A stretch of 64,000 nt of DNA. Origin: a virus. The notes beneath the pieces are model-generated. The model was not told where the DNA came from, did no database searches, and worked only from the letters and a program-made list of their open reading frames with translations. The position numbers were made by a program, and so were the translations under genes. Every line of letters begins with the position of its first letter. Position 1 is the stretch's first letter. Location of the stretch: positions 1 to 64,000 of the IMG/VR virus record IMGVR_UViG_3300045440_000165; one strand, given 5' to 3'. Positions 55,907 through 64,000 of this stretch are shown here, piece by piece.

Positions 55907-56897
55907 ATACCCCCAATCTCTTCAACACATTAGCAATATTAAGCCTATCCCCTTCCCATCTCTGCATAAACGCACAGTCAGCATACATCTGCATAATTTC
56001 TAACCATGACTTAGTGTGCCTCTCACCCTTCCAACACTTATACGTAACAGGGGTAGGATACCAAGATTTATACTTAGCTACTATTGCTTCTAATGCTTCC
56101 TTATCATTTGTTGCATTCTTAAGGATGTCATAAGCTCCTACATCTCCTAATTTACCTTTAGCAATCTCGCAAGGCTTATAGCAATCTACAGGGTCGCCAT
56201 ATAGCAATTGAAACCAAAGGAATGCTCTACCTTTCCCTTTAATACTCTTACTATACGTAGGCTCACCATTAGCTTTCTTTACTCCCGCGTCCTTCAAGAT
56301 ACACTCAAGACCACCATACCCTTCGATAAGCTCTGGCTCATCCATCGTAGTCCAATTAAGCAACCATCCGGGGCCATGAGTAGCATCCTTATCAATACTA
56401 GCTTGCACAATGTATTCTTTATCTCTATACCCTTGATACATATACCCTGTAAGAATATCATCAGCTTCTACACCTTCGGATATTTCTGCATTGTGTGTAA
56501 AAATAAGATAATCTTTACAAGCTTGTAGCTGCAATGGCTTCGAACTATCCTTCCTATTATCTTTATAGCGCGTAGGGAGTGGTAAATCGAGCCTAAAATT
56601 ATCCTTACCAGATATAACAATGTGATACCTATTACATTTTGCTTTAGCTAATATAGAGTCAATTGACCATTTAATCCCTGCTAGAGCATTTGCAATAGGG
56701 GCAGCTTCTTGCTTAGGTGTTAATGTGTATTCATCTACCTTATCTTCTGCCCACTCTTTAAAGCTAGTAGCTGTGTTAAATACAAATTCTTCTAGAGTTT
56801 CTTTGTGTGTTGCTACGACTGTTCTTTTCTCGTTAGCTGCTGCACATCTGTATGCTAACAAATCTCCATCTATAACGCATAGCTTGTTTCCTTTCAT
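55896..56897 (-). CDS. 5'-3' exonuclease (FEN/T7 gp6-like)
   Basis: IDGDLLAY, NFR...YKDNR, EADD, SIDKD and GDPVD. Confidence 0.9.
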   Translation of the reverse strand: MKGNKLCVIDGDLLAYRCAAANEKRTVVATHKETLEEFVFNTATSFKEWAEDKVDEYTLTPKQEAAPIANALAGIKWSIDSILAKAKCNRYHIVISGKDNFRLDLPLPTRYKDNRKDSSKPLQLQACKDYLIFTHNAEISEGVEADDILTGYMYQGYRDKEYIVQASIDKDATHGPGWLLNWTTMDEPELIEGYGGLECILKDAGVKKANGEPTYSKSIKGKGRAFLWFQLLYGDPVDCYKPCEIAKGKLGDVGAYDILKNATNDKEALEAIVAKYKSWYPTPVTYKCWKGERHTKSWLEIMQMYADCAFMQRWEGDRLNIANVLKRLGVYDE

Positions 56898-56964
56898 ACA
56901 TCTCTCCTGTCAGTTAATAAAAATCCCCACCGTAATTTCTAGGGTGAGGATACTATGGAGATGC

Positions 56965-57642
56965 TTAATCGAATGGAAACTCTTCATCCTCTTCGGAATC
57001 TTTGGCTTCTTTCTTAGCTGGAGCTTTAGGTTTCTTTGGTGCTTCTTGTTTAGGCTCTTGTTTTTTAGCTTCCGGCTTCTTATCCTCTGCTTCTTCATTA
57101 CCATCTTCAAATTCAGATCCGGCAGTGTAGCTAGATTCTGTTCTGACATACTCTTTCAAATCTGTAACAAGGATATTCTTCAAGTATAAAGATGCACCAC
57201 CAGAGTCACGTTCAAACTTGTCAATACTAATAACACCGTAGCTACCATTACCTACTAGCTTTTCATAGGTAATATCAACATGGGTATTCTTCACTTTATG
57301 GAATACGCGAGGACGGAAGATTTCAGGTACAGGTTTTCCAGTCTTACCTAGCTCCACACTCTTGCGTAGAGTTAGAATCCATACATTCTTTCCAGCACCT
57401 TCTGGCAAATCACATTTATAGGTTTCCTCAAACGTGGAAGACTTTACTTTTTTAATAGAGAGTAGTGTATCGAGAGACTTACCATACTCTTCCAATTCAT
57501 CCACGAAGTCTTCATCTGTCAGCACAACAGAAGCTTTCCATTCATCCGGCTTCTTTGGTGTACCCGGCTTAACATAAGCTTTAACTGACTCTTGCACTTG
57601 CACGTAAACAAGTGTACCTTCAATTTTATCAAAATTTGGCAT
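56965..57642 (-). CDS. single-stranded DNA-binding protein
   Basis: LVGNGS motif; acidic tail EEDEEFPFD. Confidence 0.75.
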   Translation of the reverse strand: MPNFDKIEGTLVYVQVQESVKAYVKPGTPKKPDEWKASVVLTDEDFVDELEEYGKSLDTLLSIKKVKSSTFEETYKCDLPEGAGKNVWILTLRKSVELGKTGKPVPEIFRPRVFHKVKNTHVDITYEKLVGNGSYGVISIDKFERDSGGASLYLKNILVTDLKEYVRTESSYTAGSEFEDGNEEAEDKKPEAKKQEPKQEAPKKPKAPAKKEAKDSEEDEEFPFD

Positions 57643-57794
57643 TACTAATTTCCTTAATTAATATTTTTAAATAAAGTACACACCTTGTTAAAAGCTTGTA
57701 CGCAAAATCCACCTACTACTACACCAACTAACACTAAACATATTTCAGATAAATGTGACACTACAAACATATAAATCCTATTTGGATGCTAATC

Positions 57795-58214
57795 CTATTT
57801 GGCTATCTTAGGCAAAGGGAATGGAACTACTTCCGGCTTCTGACAATGCCCATCCTGCTCCGCAAATGGCTTAGACTTAAACTCAGAATCTAGCAAGCAT
57901 CCCGTGGCTCCTGAGAATGTTGAGCACTTCAATACCACTGTGCGACTAGCATCTGGTGAGAATAGCTTGATAGTGGCCCATCCATCTCCTTGAGGGCAAT
58001 TAGGCATCTGCGTAGAGTCTCCATTAGAAACTGCTGTAAAATCTCGCACAGGAGGGTTTTCTGCACGATAACGTTGAGCATTGAATAGCGCATTATCTCG
58101 TGCCATCTGTTTGGCTTCTTCGAGGGTATTAAAAGATACCTCTTTGCTTCCACATGCTGCTAAAATAATAGCTACGCTTGTAGCTGCCATAATGTTTTTA
58201 AATTTCATCTTCAT
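57795..58214 (-). CDS. lipoprotein
   Basis: signal peptide with LAA-C lipobox; four further Cys. Confidence 0.75.
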   Translation of the reverse strand: MKMKFKNIMAATSVAIILAACGSKEVSFNTLEEAKQMARDNALFNAQRYRAENPPVRDFTAVSNGDSTQMPNCPQGDGWATIKLFSPDASRTVVLKCSTFSGATGCLLDSEFKSKPFAEQDGHCQKPEVVPFPLPKIAK

Positions 58215-58223
58215 CCTTTTTAT

Positions 58224-58457
58224 TTAAAGTATCAAGTCTGCGAGCTGGCAGCTCATGCAAGAGCAAAAATCGATAATTGCCGCGATCATGTGTGTAGTGA
58301 TATACACACCAAATACAACCCACACTTCACTGGAAGCTCCCGCTGCTTGCAAAATATAACTCATCAAATAAAACCACAAAGGGAGCGCTACAAGTAATGT
58401 TAAGGCTCCAGCTATTGTGTTTAGTGTGTGTTTATTGCTCATAAAATACCTTTGCAT
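58224..58457 (-). CDS. small two-TM membrane protein
   Basis: hydrophobic segments. Confidence 0.6.
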   Translation of the reverse strand: MQRYFMSNKHTLNTIAGALTLLVALPLWFYLMSYILQAAGASSEVWVVFGVYITTHMIAAIIDFCSCMSCQLADLIL

Positions 58458-58550
58458 TACTTACGTTTAAAAAACTTCATTACTTTATATAAAGCAAATA
58501 CCACAGATGAAGCTGCCATAGCCAAAGCCACTCGCGCTGCTGCCAATGCA

Positions 58551-58763
58551 TTAACCATTATTACGTCCTCGCTTTTTAGCTGCTTTCTTAGCTGCTTTGC
58601 CTGCTCTAGCACGTAATGAGTTTAGATAAGTCCCTTTCATAAGAGAATCCCAAACCAATGTTGTTAGCTTACTTTGCACAAATACTTTAGCTGACATACG
58701 CCTAGCTTTGTAATCCTCAAATGTTTCGTTTTCTGCTCTAGCGGGGTTTAACAGGTTATTCAT
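58551..58763 (-). CDS. small basic hypothetical protein
   Basis: PARAENETFEDYKARR motif; AAGGAG RBS. Confidence 0.7.
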   Translation of the reverse strand: MNNLLNPARAENETFEDYKARRMSAKVFVQSKLTTLVWDSLMKGTYLNSLRARAGKAAKKAAKKRGRNNG

Positions 58764-58982
58764 TTTTTCTCCTTGGCAATTAAAAATATTTTTTAGTAAG
58801 GATTTTGCTCAAGTATTTCTGAAATATATTTCAGCTCTCTCGCTTCTTCCTCTAAAAACTTTACATCTGATCTTGAAGACTCGTTGATATTTACTATGAA
58901 ATCAGATCCTTCACATTCAAAAACATGTTGAGCATATTTTTCAAGTAATACTTTGTAATCTATCACACTTCCTCCGAATTCT

Positions 58983-59058
58983 TGGTGCTCCCCGCAGGAT
59001 TCGAACCCGCGACCTCCTGATTACAAGTCAGGTACTCTACCAACTGAGTTAGAGGAGC
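58983..59058 (-). tRNA. tRNA-Thr (anticodon UGU)
   Basis: GCTCCTC acceptor stem; CCTGA-CTTGTAA-TCAGG anticodon arm; GGTTCGAATCC T-arm; encoded CCA; 76 nt. Confidence 0.96.
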
Positions 59059-59104
59059 ATTTCAGTAACGCTTATTATACTACATCTAAAATAAAAAAGT
59101 AAAA

Positions 59105-59323
59105 CTATTTTGTAGCGCTATTAAAAATACTATCAAACCCATCTACTATCTCAACTTCCGCCCAAGCAGCTATGTGATGTACATTGCCATCCTTATCGGT
59201 ACAGAATGAATACATACCGTCAAGATGGTCAAATAGTAGCACAGATTCTCCTACACGGATATAAGTATTTCTAGGTATTCTATATAGCTCTTTAGTTTTT
59301 ACGCTTGTGTGTTCCATAATCAC
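59105..59323 (-). CDS. hypothetical phage protein
   Basis: FDHLDGMYSFC motif. Confidence 0.7.
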   Translation of the reverse strand: MIMEHTSVKTKELYRIPRNTYIRVGESVLLFDHLDGMYSFCTDKDGNVHHIAAWAEVEIVDGFDSIFNSATK

Positions 59324-59586
59324 ATCCTATGCCATTCTAGTAATTCATCTTCAATCAATTCATAATCGTAAGGAGATAGTAGCTGGCTAACATCCTTATT
59401 ATCATACCACACTCCAACAACCTCTACACAATCCGGCTCTGCTGGTGAGTTTAATGTCTCTGGAAACCCTTTATAGTAGGAATATTTAACTTCTAATGGT
59501 GTCTCTTGCACTTCATAGATAGCGTCTAGTTGGAAATCTACAACAGCTATAAAATACTTAGGTAGCTTGCCACGCGGAGTAATCAT
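59320..59586 (-). CDS. hypothetical protein
   Basis: ORF track; PAEPD motif. Confidence 0.65.
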   Translation of the reverse strand: MITPRGKLPKYFIAVVDFQLDAIYEVQETPLEVKYSYYKGFPETLNSPAEPDCVEVVGVWYDNKDVSQLLSPYDYELIEDELLEWHRM

Positions 59587-60086
59587 AGCTCATCCATCCT
59601 TGCAATTAAGTTATACTCTTCTTCTGTCATACCCATCCTATCTAAAGAATTAATATTTCTTTCTAGCGAATACGCAGACATAAGAATCATCGTTGTATTG
59701 TGTGTGCTATACCCTTTCTTATACAGCCAATCAAGAAGCCATCTACTATTTACCTTGTAGGTGTTGGTAGTAGCTGTTCTTTCTACTATAGTACCTCTAG
59801 GCCAATCCTTGCTAAGCTTCACAAAGTAGGGGAATGTTATCAGCACTCTCGGTTCTTTGTTGATTATAGCAGCAGTGGCTAGAGTTACTAGCTTCTTATA
59901 ATCTTTCTTTGTAGCTTTCTTAGTCTTATCTCTTAGTTCCTTCGAAGCTTTATAACGAAATCTAGGCTTGCTAGATGGGTGTATAGCTTCGCTATGAATT
60001 TCTACTTCTGAAGGATGTACCTCTAAAAGCTCTTCTATGTTTTCTTCCATGTTAATTATTAATAAGCTCGTTAATATAATTAGCAT
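59583..60086 (-). CDS. hypothetical protein
   Basis: ORF track; probable start at MEENIEE. Confidence 0.7.
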   Translation of the reverse strand: MLIILTSLLIINMEENIEELLEVHPSEVEIHSEAIHPSSKPRFRYKASKELRDKTKKATKKDYKKLVTLATAAIINKEPRVLITFPYFVKLSKDWPRGTIVERTATTNTYKVNSRWLLDWLYKKGYSTHNTTMILMSAYSLERNINSLDRMGMTEEEYNLIARMDEL

Positions 60087-60222
60087 CGTGGCTGTTTAGC
60101 TCTAGTTCTAATAGCTCATGGTAATGGATAAAATCTGAAATTGAAATCTCCCCGTTTTCGAGCATAGAATTTAGAGATGCAACGCCTTGATTGTATTCTT
60201 CTTTAGTAATCATGCTAGCTCC

Positions 60223-60756
60223 TTATGGAAAAATATAGTTTTGTGAAATGTGCTTCCAGTTTTGACGGCGTTTAATACTAGATACCCTACCATGATTATA
60301 TCCCATATCTCTGATACTAGCAGCAGAATATCCAGCAGCTAGTAGCTCACAAATTTCTATAACTGTTTTTTCAGAAGTAAAGGCTCTCGCATTATTTTCT
60401 CCTGTTGCAGAACGTCTCTTTGTATCGTAAGAATATTTAATATTATCTCCGTGCGATAACCATTCTAGGTTACTGACATGGTTATTATTCCTAACACAAT
60501 CTTTGTGGTTAACGTCAGACAAGTTATCGGGGTTAGGAATCCAAGCTAGCGCTACTAATCTGTGCACAGATACAGAAGTCTTTTTACCATCGCGCACTAG
60601 AGATACAATTACATACCCTTTTTCAGTTGTATGTTGTAATACTTTCTCCCCATTTAATTTAGCCACTATGCCGCATTGCGATACTAGCAAACCAAATATA
60701 GGTTTAAAAACAACACCGTTAAACACTTTCTCTTCATTTAGTGACACTCTGCCCAA
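60223..60756 (-). CDS. HNH homing endonuclease
   Basis: KGYVIVSL, VHRLVALAWIPNP, VNHKDCVRNNNHVSNLEW. Confidence 0.9.
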   Translation of the reverse strand: MGRVSLNEEKVFNGVVFKPIFGLLVSQCGIVAKLNGEKVLQHTTEKGYVIVSLVRDGKKTSVSVHRLVALAWIPNPDNLSDVNHKDCVRNNNHVSNLEWLSHGDNIKYSYDTKRRSATGENNARAFTSEKTVIEICELLAAGYSAASIRDMGYNHGRVSSIKRRQNWKHISQNYIFP

Positions 60757-63329
60757 TTCCTTCCTATTATATACCCTGCGGTAAGTTTTACATTTAAATT
60801 ATAATACTCTCCAGCTTTATTGGCGGACAAGGATGCTATCTCCCCAACTCTACTATAAGCTACATAATAACCCTTATTGCTGTGCCCTATATCACTCCAT
60901 ATCTTATCTGTTTGTGCATTTTTAAACGTTTTGGCCATATCTTCCGCTGCTTTCACGTCTTCTTGATTATTCCAGTCCAACACAGGAAATATTTTAAATT
61001 TTACAAACGCTTTAGAAACTTCATCCTGAAATTCATCGTGCGACATTATCAACTGTTGCGAGAATTTTCTTTCTAGTCTGTCTTCTGTCCAAAAGTCAAT
61101 AGTAAATCCCTCATCTCTTAGCATTCTATCTTTTATAACCATAGCCCGCTTTGCCGAGATATTACCAGCAGATTGAAACAAGCTGTTAATAAGAGCACTA
61201 GCAGACCTAGTAGGAATTTTTCTACCATCAATCCCTATAATAAACTTCTTACCTCCTGAAGTCTCCCAAAAATGAGTAATCTCCTCCATCAACAACGCCA
61301 AAGGTTTTGCAGCCTCCCAAAAAGCATTAAACACCTTTTCACCCATAGCTTCAGAGCATCCGATAGTTTTAGCAATACGTTTAGGTCTAGCTCCATAGCT
61401 CGCAGCGTATTTCACGTTTTTAGCTGGTGTTCTGGCAAAAGGTTCCCCAATAACTTCAGAGATTTTTTTAGCTGTAAGCGTATGAATGTCGTTAGGCTTT
61501 TCTCCAAGCAGCGATTTACAATATGGCTGACCGTCTTCATCAAATTTGTGACAGTAGTGTCCTTCAATCCTAGCCTCCAGTCCGTCAAAGTCCGCACCGA
61601 TCTGTAAAAATCCCTCTTTAGCATTAACGCCGAACAAGCTACGCATCTCTTTACCATATAGTGACGAAACGCGTGGCACGTTAACAACAATCCTGTGTTT
61701 CATCCTAGTCGTAGCAGCCCCACAAGTATCCGCAGGAGTGGGAATTCTATGATCCTCTGCAATCCTATCATTACTCAGCCATCCCTTACTAGCCTCTTCA
61801 TCTTCATCATCCAAATCCTCAGGATCAAAGCCACCACCTAAGATACTATTCCTTCTGTGACTATATGTAAGATAATCCGATACATCCTTAGCATGTGCAA
61901 ACTTATCTGACATTTCTAATAAAGCTGGATCAATCTCTTTCTCCATGCCCACTGTCAGCGTAGGGTTGGTATAAACTTTCATTGGTCGTTTAGTGTGATC
62001 ATGCCCTAGTAGTTTCTTGCGTAGAGATTTCTCATCCACTACTTCCAAATACTCTAGCCTATCCTTCTTAAATGGACTAGCTATAGTTTGTGCAATATAT
62101 CTCTCACATGTCTCAACATACTTATCAAACTCCAGCTTCTTCTTGCGAGAGTCTACAGTAAGATCCCTCTCTTTGTAAGCTGTAGGATTCCATCCGATAG
62201 ATACAAGCCATCCTTTGATATGGGTGGTGTCTCTGATAGTAGCTGGAACATGCGTTACTATAGGCTCTTGTGGGATTGGTAGCTTATATTCTTTATCAAA
62301 TAACTTGGCATAGTAATCTCCCTCTTCAGTCTTAGTAATACTCCCACCATGCTTCTCCACCCATTTCTCAATATTACTACTAAGCTCACCATTCTTCTTA
62401 AATTGCACCTTAGAAGGGATATAATCCTTAGCTGCTGTCTTGCCTATTGGTTTAGGAGGAATCAATGGCTCTACAATAGCTTTTAACACAGCCATCTTCT
62501 CATCCAAGTCCTTCACACATTCAATAGCCAAATCAGTATCAAAATAAAACCCTCTATGCTCTTGGCGAGTGATAATCTCAGCTACAGCTTTCTCTAGCTG
62601 GTATGGTTCATCCCAAGGCCAATCTCCCCATTCCTTCAGGAGAAATTGCCATGTCTTATAGTTTGACATTACATCCTGAGCATTATAGACAAGCATCTCA
62701 GGGTGATATATTTCAAACTCTGCACCTTTAGGAGCATTCTTATCAATAATCCCTAGCTCGATAGCCTTAGCTCTCCAATCAATCTTCTCGGAGCCATGCA
62801 TCTTGCCGAAATATTCCAAGCTGTGCATTAAGCGATCAGGGTTGAGAGTTTTAGATAATACTAGAGTATCTGTAATTGTGATAGGCTTATAAGTGCCAGT
62901 AGCAACATCCCCAATGCTATCCTTATTACGAGAATAATACTTGGTTTTAGTTCCATCGTACACTCCAATCTTATAATCCAACCCTGCAGCAGCTTTTAAC
63001 ACTAGCAAATCATAATTGATAATGTTATGGCCGATAAGCTCCGTAGCGTTACCAAGAATAAAATTCTTAACTGAATAGTAGAAATCTTGTAACGAGTGTA
63101 AAACTTTTGTAATTACTTCCAAGCAACCTTGCACTATCGCTTTAGCTGGTGTTTTTTGTTGCTCATTGTTTGCATCGTAAACAAACCTGTACATTAGCTT
63201 TGTATCAATGTCAAAAAACACAGCACAATGTACTTTAAAATGGTCTTTAAGGCGATAAGGTGAAGAATTATAGTCAACAGTTGTAGAATTTAATAATCCA
63301 TTAGCTTCTATATCAAATACTAAACGCAT
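60738..63329 (-). CDS. family A DNA polymerase with 3'-5' exonuclease
   Basis: FDIEANG, GHNIINYD and YNAQD (exo I-III); ADFDGLE (A), RTPAKNVKYAASYG (B), SHDE (C); GRNWAECH. Confidence 0.96.
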   Translation of the reverse strand: MRLVFDIEANGLLNSTTVDYNSSPYRLKDHFKVHCAVFFDIDTKLMYRFVYDANNEQQKTPAKAIVQGCLEVITKVLHSLQDFYYSVKNFILGNATELIGHNIINYDLLVLKAAAGLDYKIGVYDGTKTKYYSRNKDSIGDVATGTYKPITITDTLVLSKTLNPDRLMHSLEYFGKMHGSEKIDWRAKAIELGIIDKNAPKGAEFEIYHPEMLVYNAQDVMSNYKTWQFLLKEWGDWPWDEPYQLEKAVAEIITRQEHRGFYFDTDLAIECVKDLDEKMAVLKAIVEPLIPPKPIGKTAAKDYIPSKVQFKKNGELSSNIEKWVEKHGGSITKTEEGDYYAKLFDKEYKLPIPQEPIVTHVPATIRDTTHIKGWLVSIGWNPTAYKERDLTVDSRKKKLEFDKYVETCERYIAQTIASPFKKDRLEYLEVVDEKSLRKKLLGHDHTKRPMKVYTNPTLTVGMEKEIDPALLEMSDKFAHAKDVSDYLTYSHRRNSILGGGFDPEDLDDEDEEASKGWLSNDRIAEDHRIPTPADTCGAATTRMKHRIVVNVPRVSSLYGKEMRSLFGVNAKEGFLQIGADFDGLEARIEGHYCHKFDEDGQPYCKSLLGEKPNDIHTLTAKKISEVIGEPFARTPAKNVKYAASYGARPKRIAKTIGCSEAMGEKVFNAFWEAAKPLALLMEEITHFWETSGGKKFIIGIDGRKIPTRSASALINSLFQSAGNISAKRAMVIKDRMLRDEGFTIDFWTEDRLERKFSQQLIMSHDEFQDEVSKAFVKFKIFPVLDWNNQEDVKAAEDMAKTFKNAQTDKIWSDIGHSNKGYYVAYSRVGEIASLSANKAGEYYNLNVKLTAGYIIGRNWAECH

Positions 63330-63405
63330 AATTCTTCTTCCTTAGTTGTTAATTGCAATACTGAAAACTACTTTATATTTGCTTCAAGCTATTTGCTAGA
63401 CAAGC

Positions 63406-63672
63406 CTATGTGCTAGCCATAAACCCTTCAAAATCCCCCACAAGATCCATGCCAATAGCTAGAGCTGCTAGCCTATCAAAATTTAATACTTGGCATATTT
63501 TAACAGAATCTCTAGTTAAAAACATCTCTGTAGCATCTCCATTGAATCCTACAGCAAAACCATACTTATGCAAAGTGTTATTTACCCACGCTATTGCAGC
63601 TTCTGTATCATCCACTTTTAATACAGACTGTTCATAGCTTATAGTTGAATGCTTCATCCCTAGTTGTTCCAT
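63406..63672 (-). CDS. hypothetical protein
   Basis: ORF track. Confidence 0.6.
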   Translation of the reverse strand: MEQLGMKHSTISYEQSVLKVDDTEAAIAWVNNTLHKYGFAVGFNGDATEMFLTRDSVKICQVLNFDRLAALAIGMDLVGDFEGFMAST

Positions 63673-63716
63673 ATTAACCCTTAAGTGAAAAATTATTTTC
63701 CGAGTGAAAATTATTA

Positions 63717-63983
63717 TTAATTTCTATGTAAAAAATTATGATGTAGCCAAGTGCTAAATAGCGATCCTAGCCCACCACCAAGCCCAATAGGTAGTACAAT
63801 CCATCCCCATCCATTGTGAGCTGTAGTAGATATAACATACACTTCACAAATAGCCATTAGCATTGATGTTGGCAATATGAGATAGTAGTGCTTAAATACT
63901 ACGTGTAGCTGCTGTGCGCTTTTCAACGCAATAAAGATAAAAGAGGATATAAAAGCTAGACCATAGAGCACGTAGCTTTCCAT
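63717..63983 (-). CDS. small multi-TM membrane protein
   Basis: three hydrophobic helices; GLGGGLG. Confidence 0.7.
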   Translation of the reverse strand: MESYVLYGLAFISSFIFIALKSAQQLHVVFKHYYLILPTSMLMAICEVYVISTTAHNGWGWIVLPIGLGGGLGSLFSTWLHHNFLHRN

Positions 63984-64000
63984 ATCATTCTCCCCTAGCA

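Noticed and set aside
60738-63329. Intein or intron in the DNA polymerase
   Set aside because: Continuous ORF with all motifs and a normal C-terminus; no intein splice-junction motifs noticed
227-63983. Stop-codon reassignment
   Set aside because: Long conserved genes are intact in the standard code, and TAA, TAG and TGA all end genes

Overview
The window is most of an AT-rich, apparently lytic tailed-phage (siphovirus-type) genome with no host chromosomal genes. The host is probably a Gram-negative proteobacterium (inferred from lipoprotein genes, a GH108 lysin, sigma70 promoters and a DUF4214-like domain). Layout: (1) 1-6.4 kb, leftward accessory genes (papain-like protease fused to a DUF4214-like domain, DenV, macrodomain, HTH protein), interrupted by a promoter-driven structured non-coding segment plus an AT-rich repeat tract (candidate origin). 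(2) 6.4-12.3 kb, an early/host-takeover island driven by repeated sigma70 promoters that carry a palindromic operator-like 17-mer between -35 and -10. (3) A 1.4-kb non-coding gap (candidate terminus) and a serine recombinase. (4) 14.5-20.3 kb, leftward accessory genes (orphan HicB-like protein, phosphoesterase, ClpP-like protease, PhoH). (5) 20.5-47.7 kb, rightward virion genes: a pre-terminase appendage cassette with an SGNH esterase, terminase, portal, S49 protease, capsid, tail with a -1 frameshifted chaperone, tape measure, fibre and lysis genes with a nested lipoprotein. (6) 47.8-64 kb, leftward nucleotide-metabolism and replication genes: nrdB, HNH-AP2, nrdA split by an ORF-less group I intron at the active site, nucleases, SSB, tRNA-Thr(UGU), HNH and family A DNA polymerase. 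All calls are by eye from motifs; no database searches or folding programs were run.
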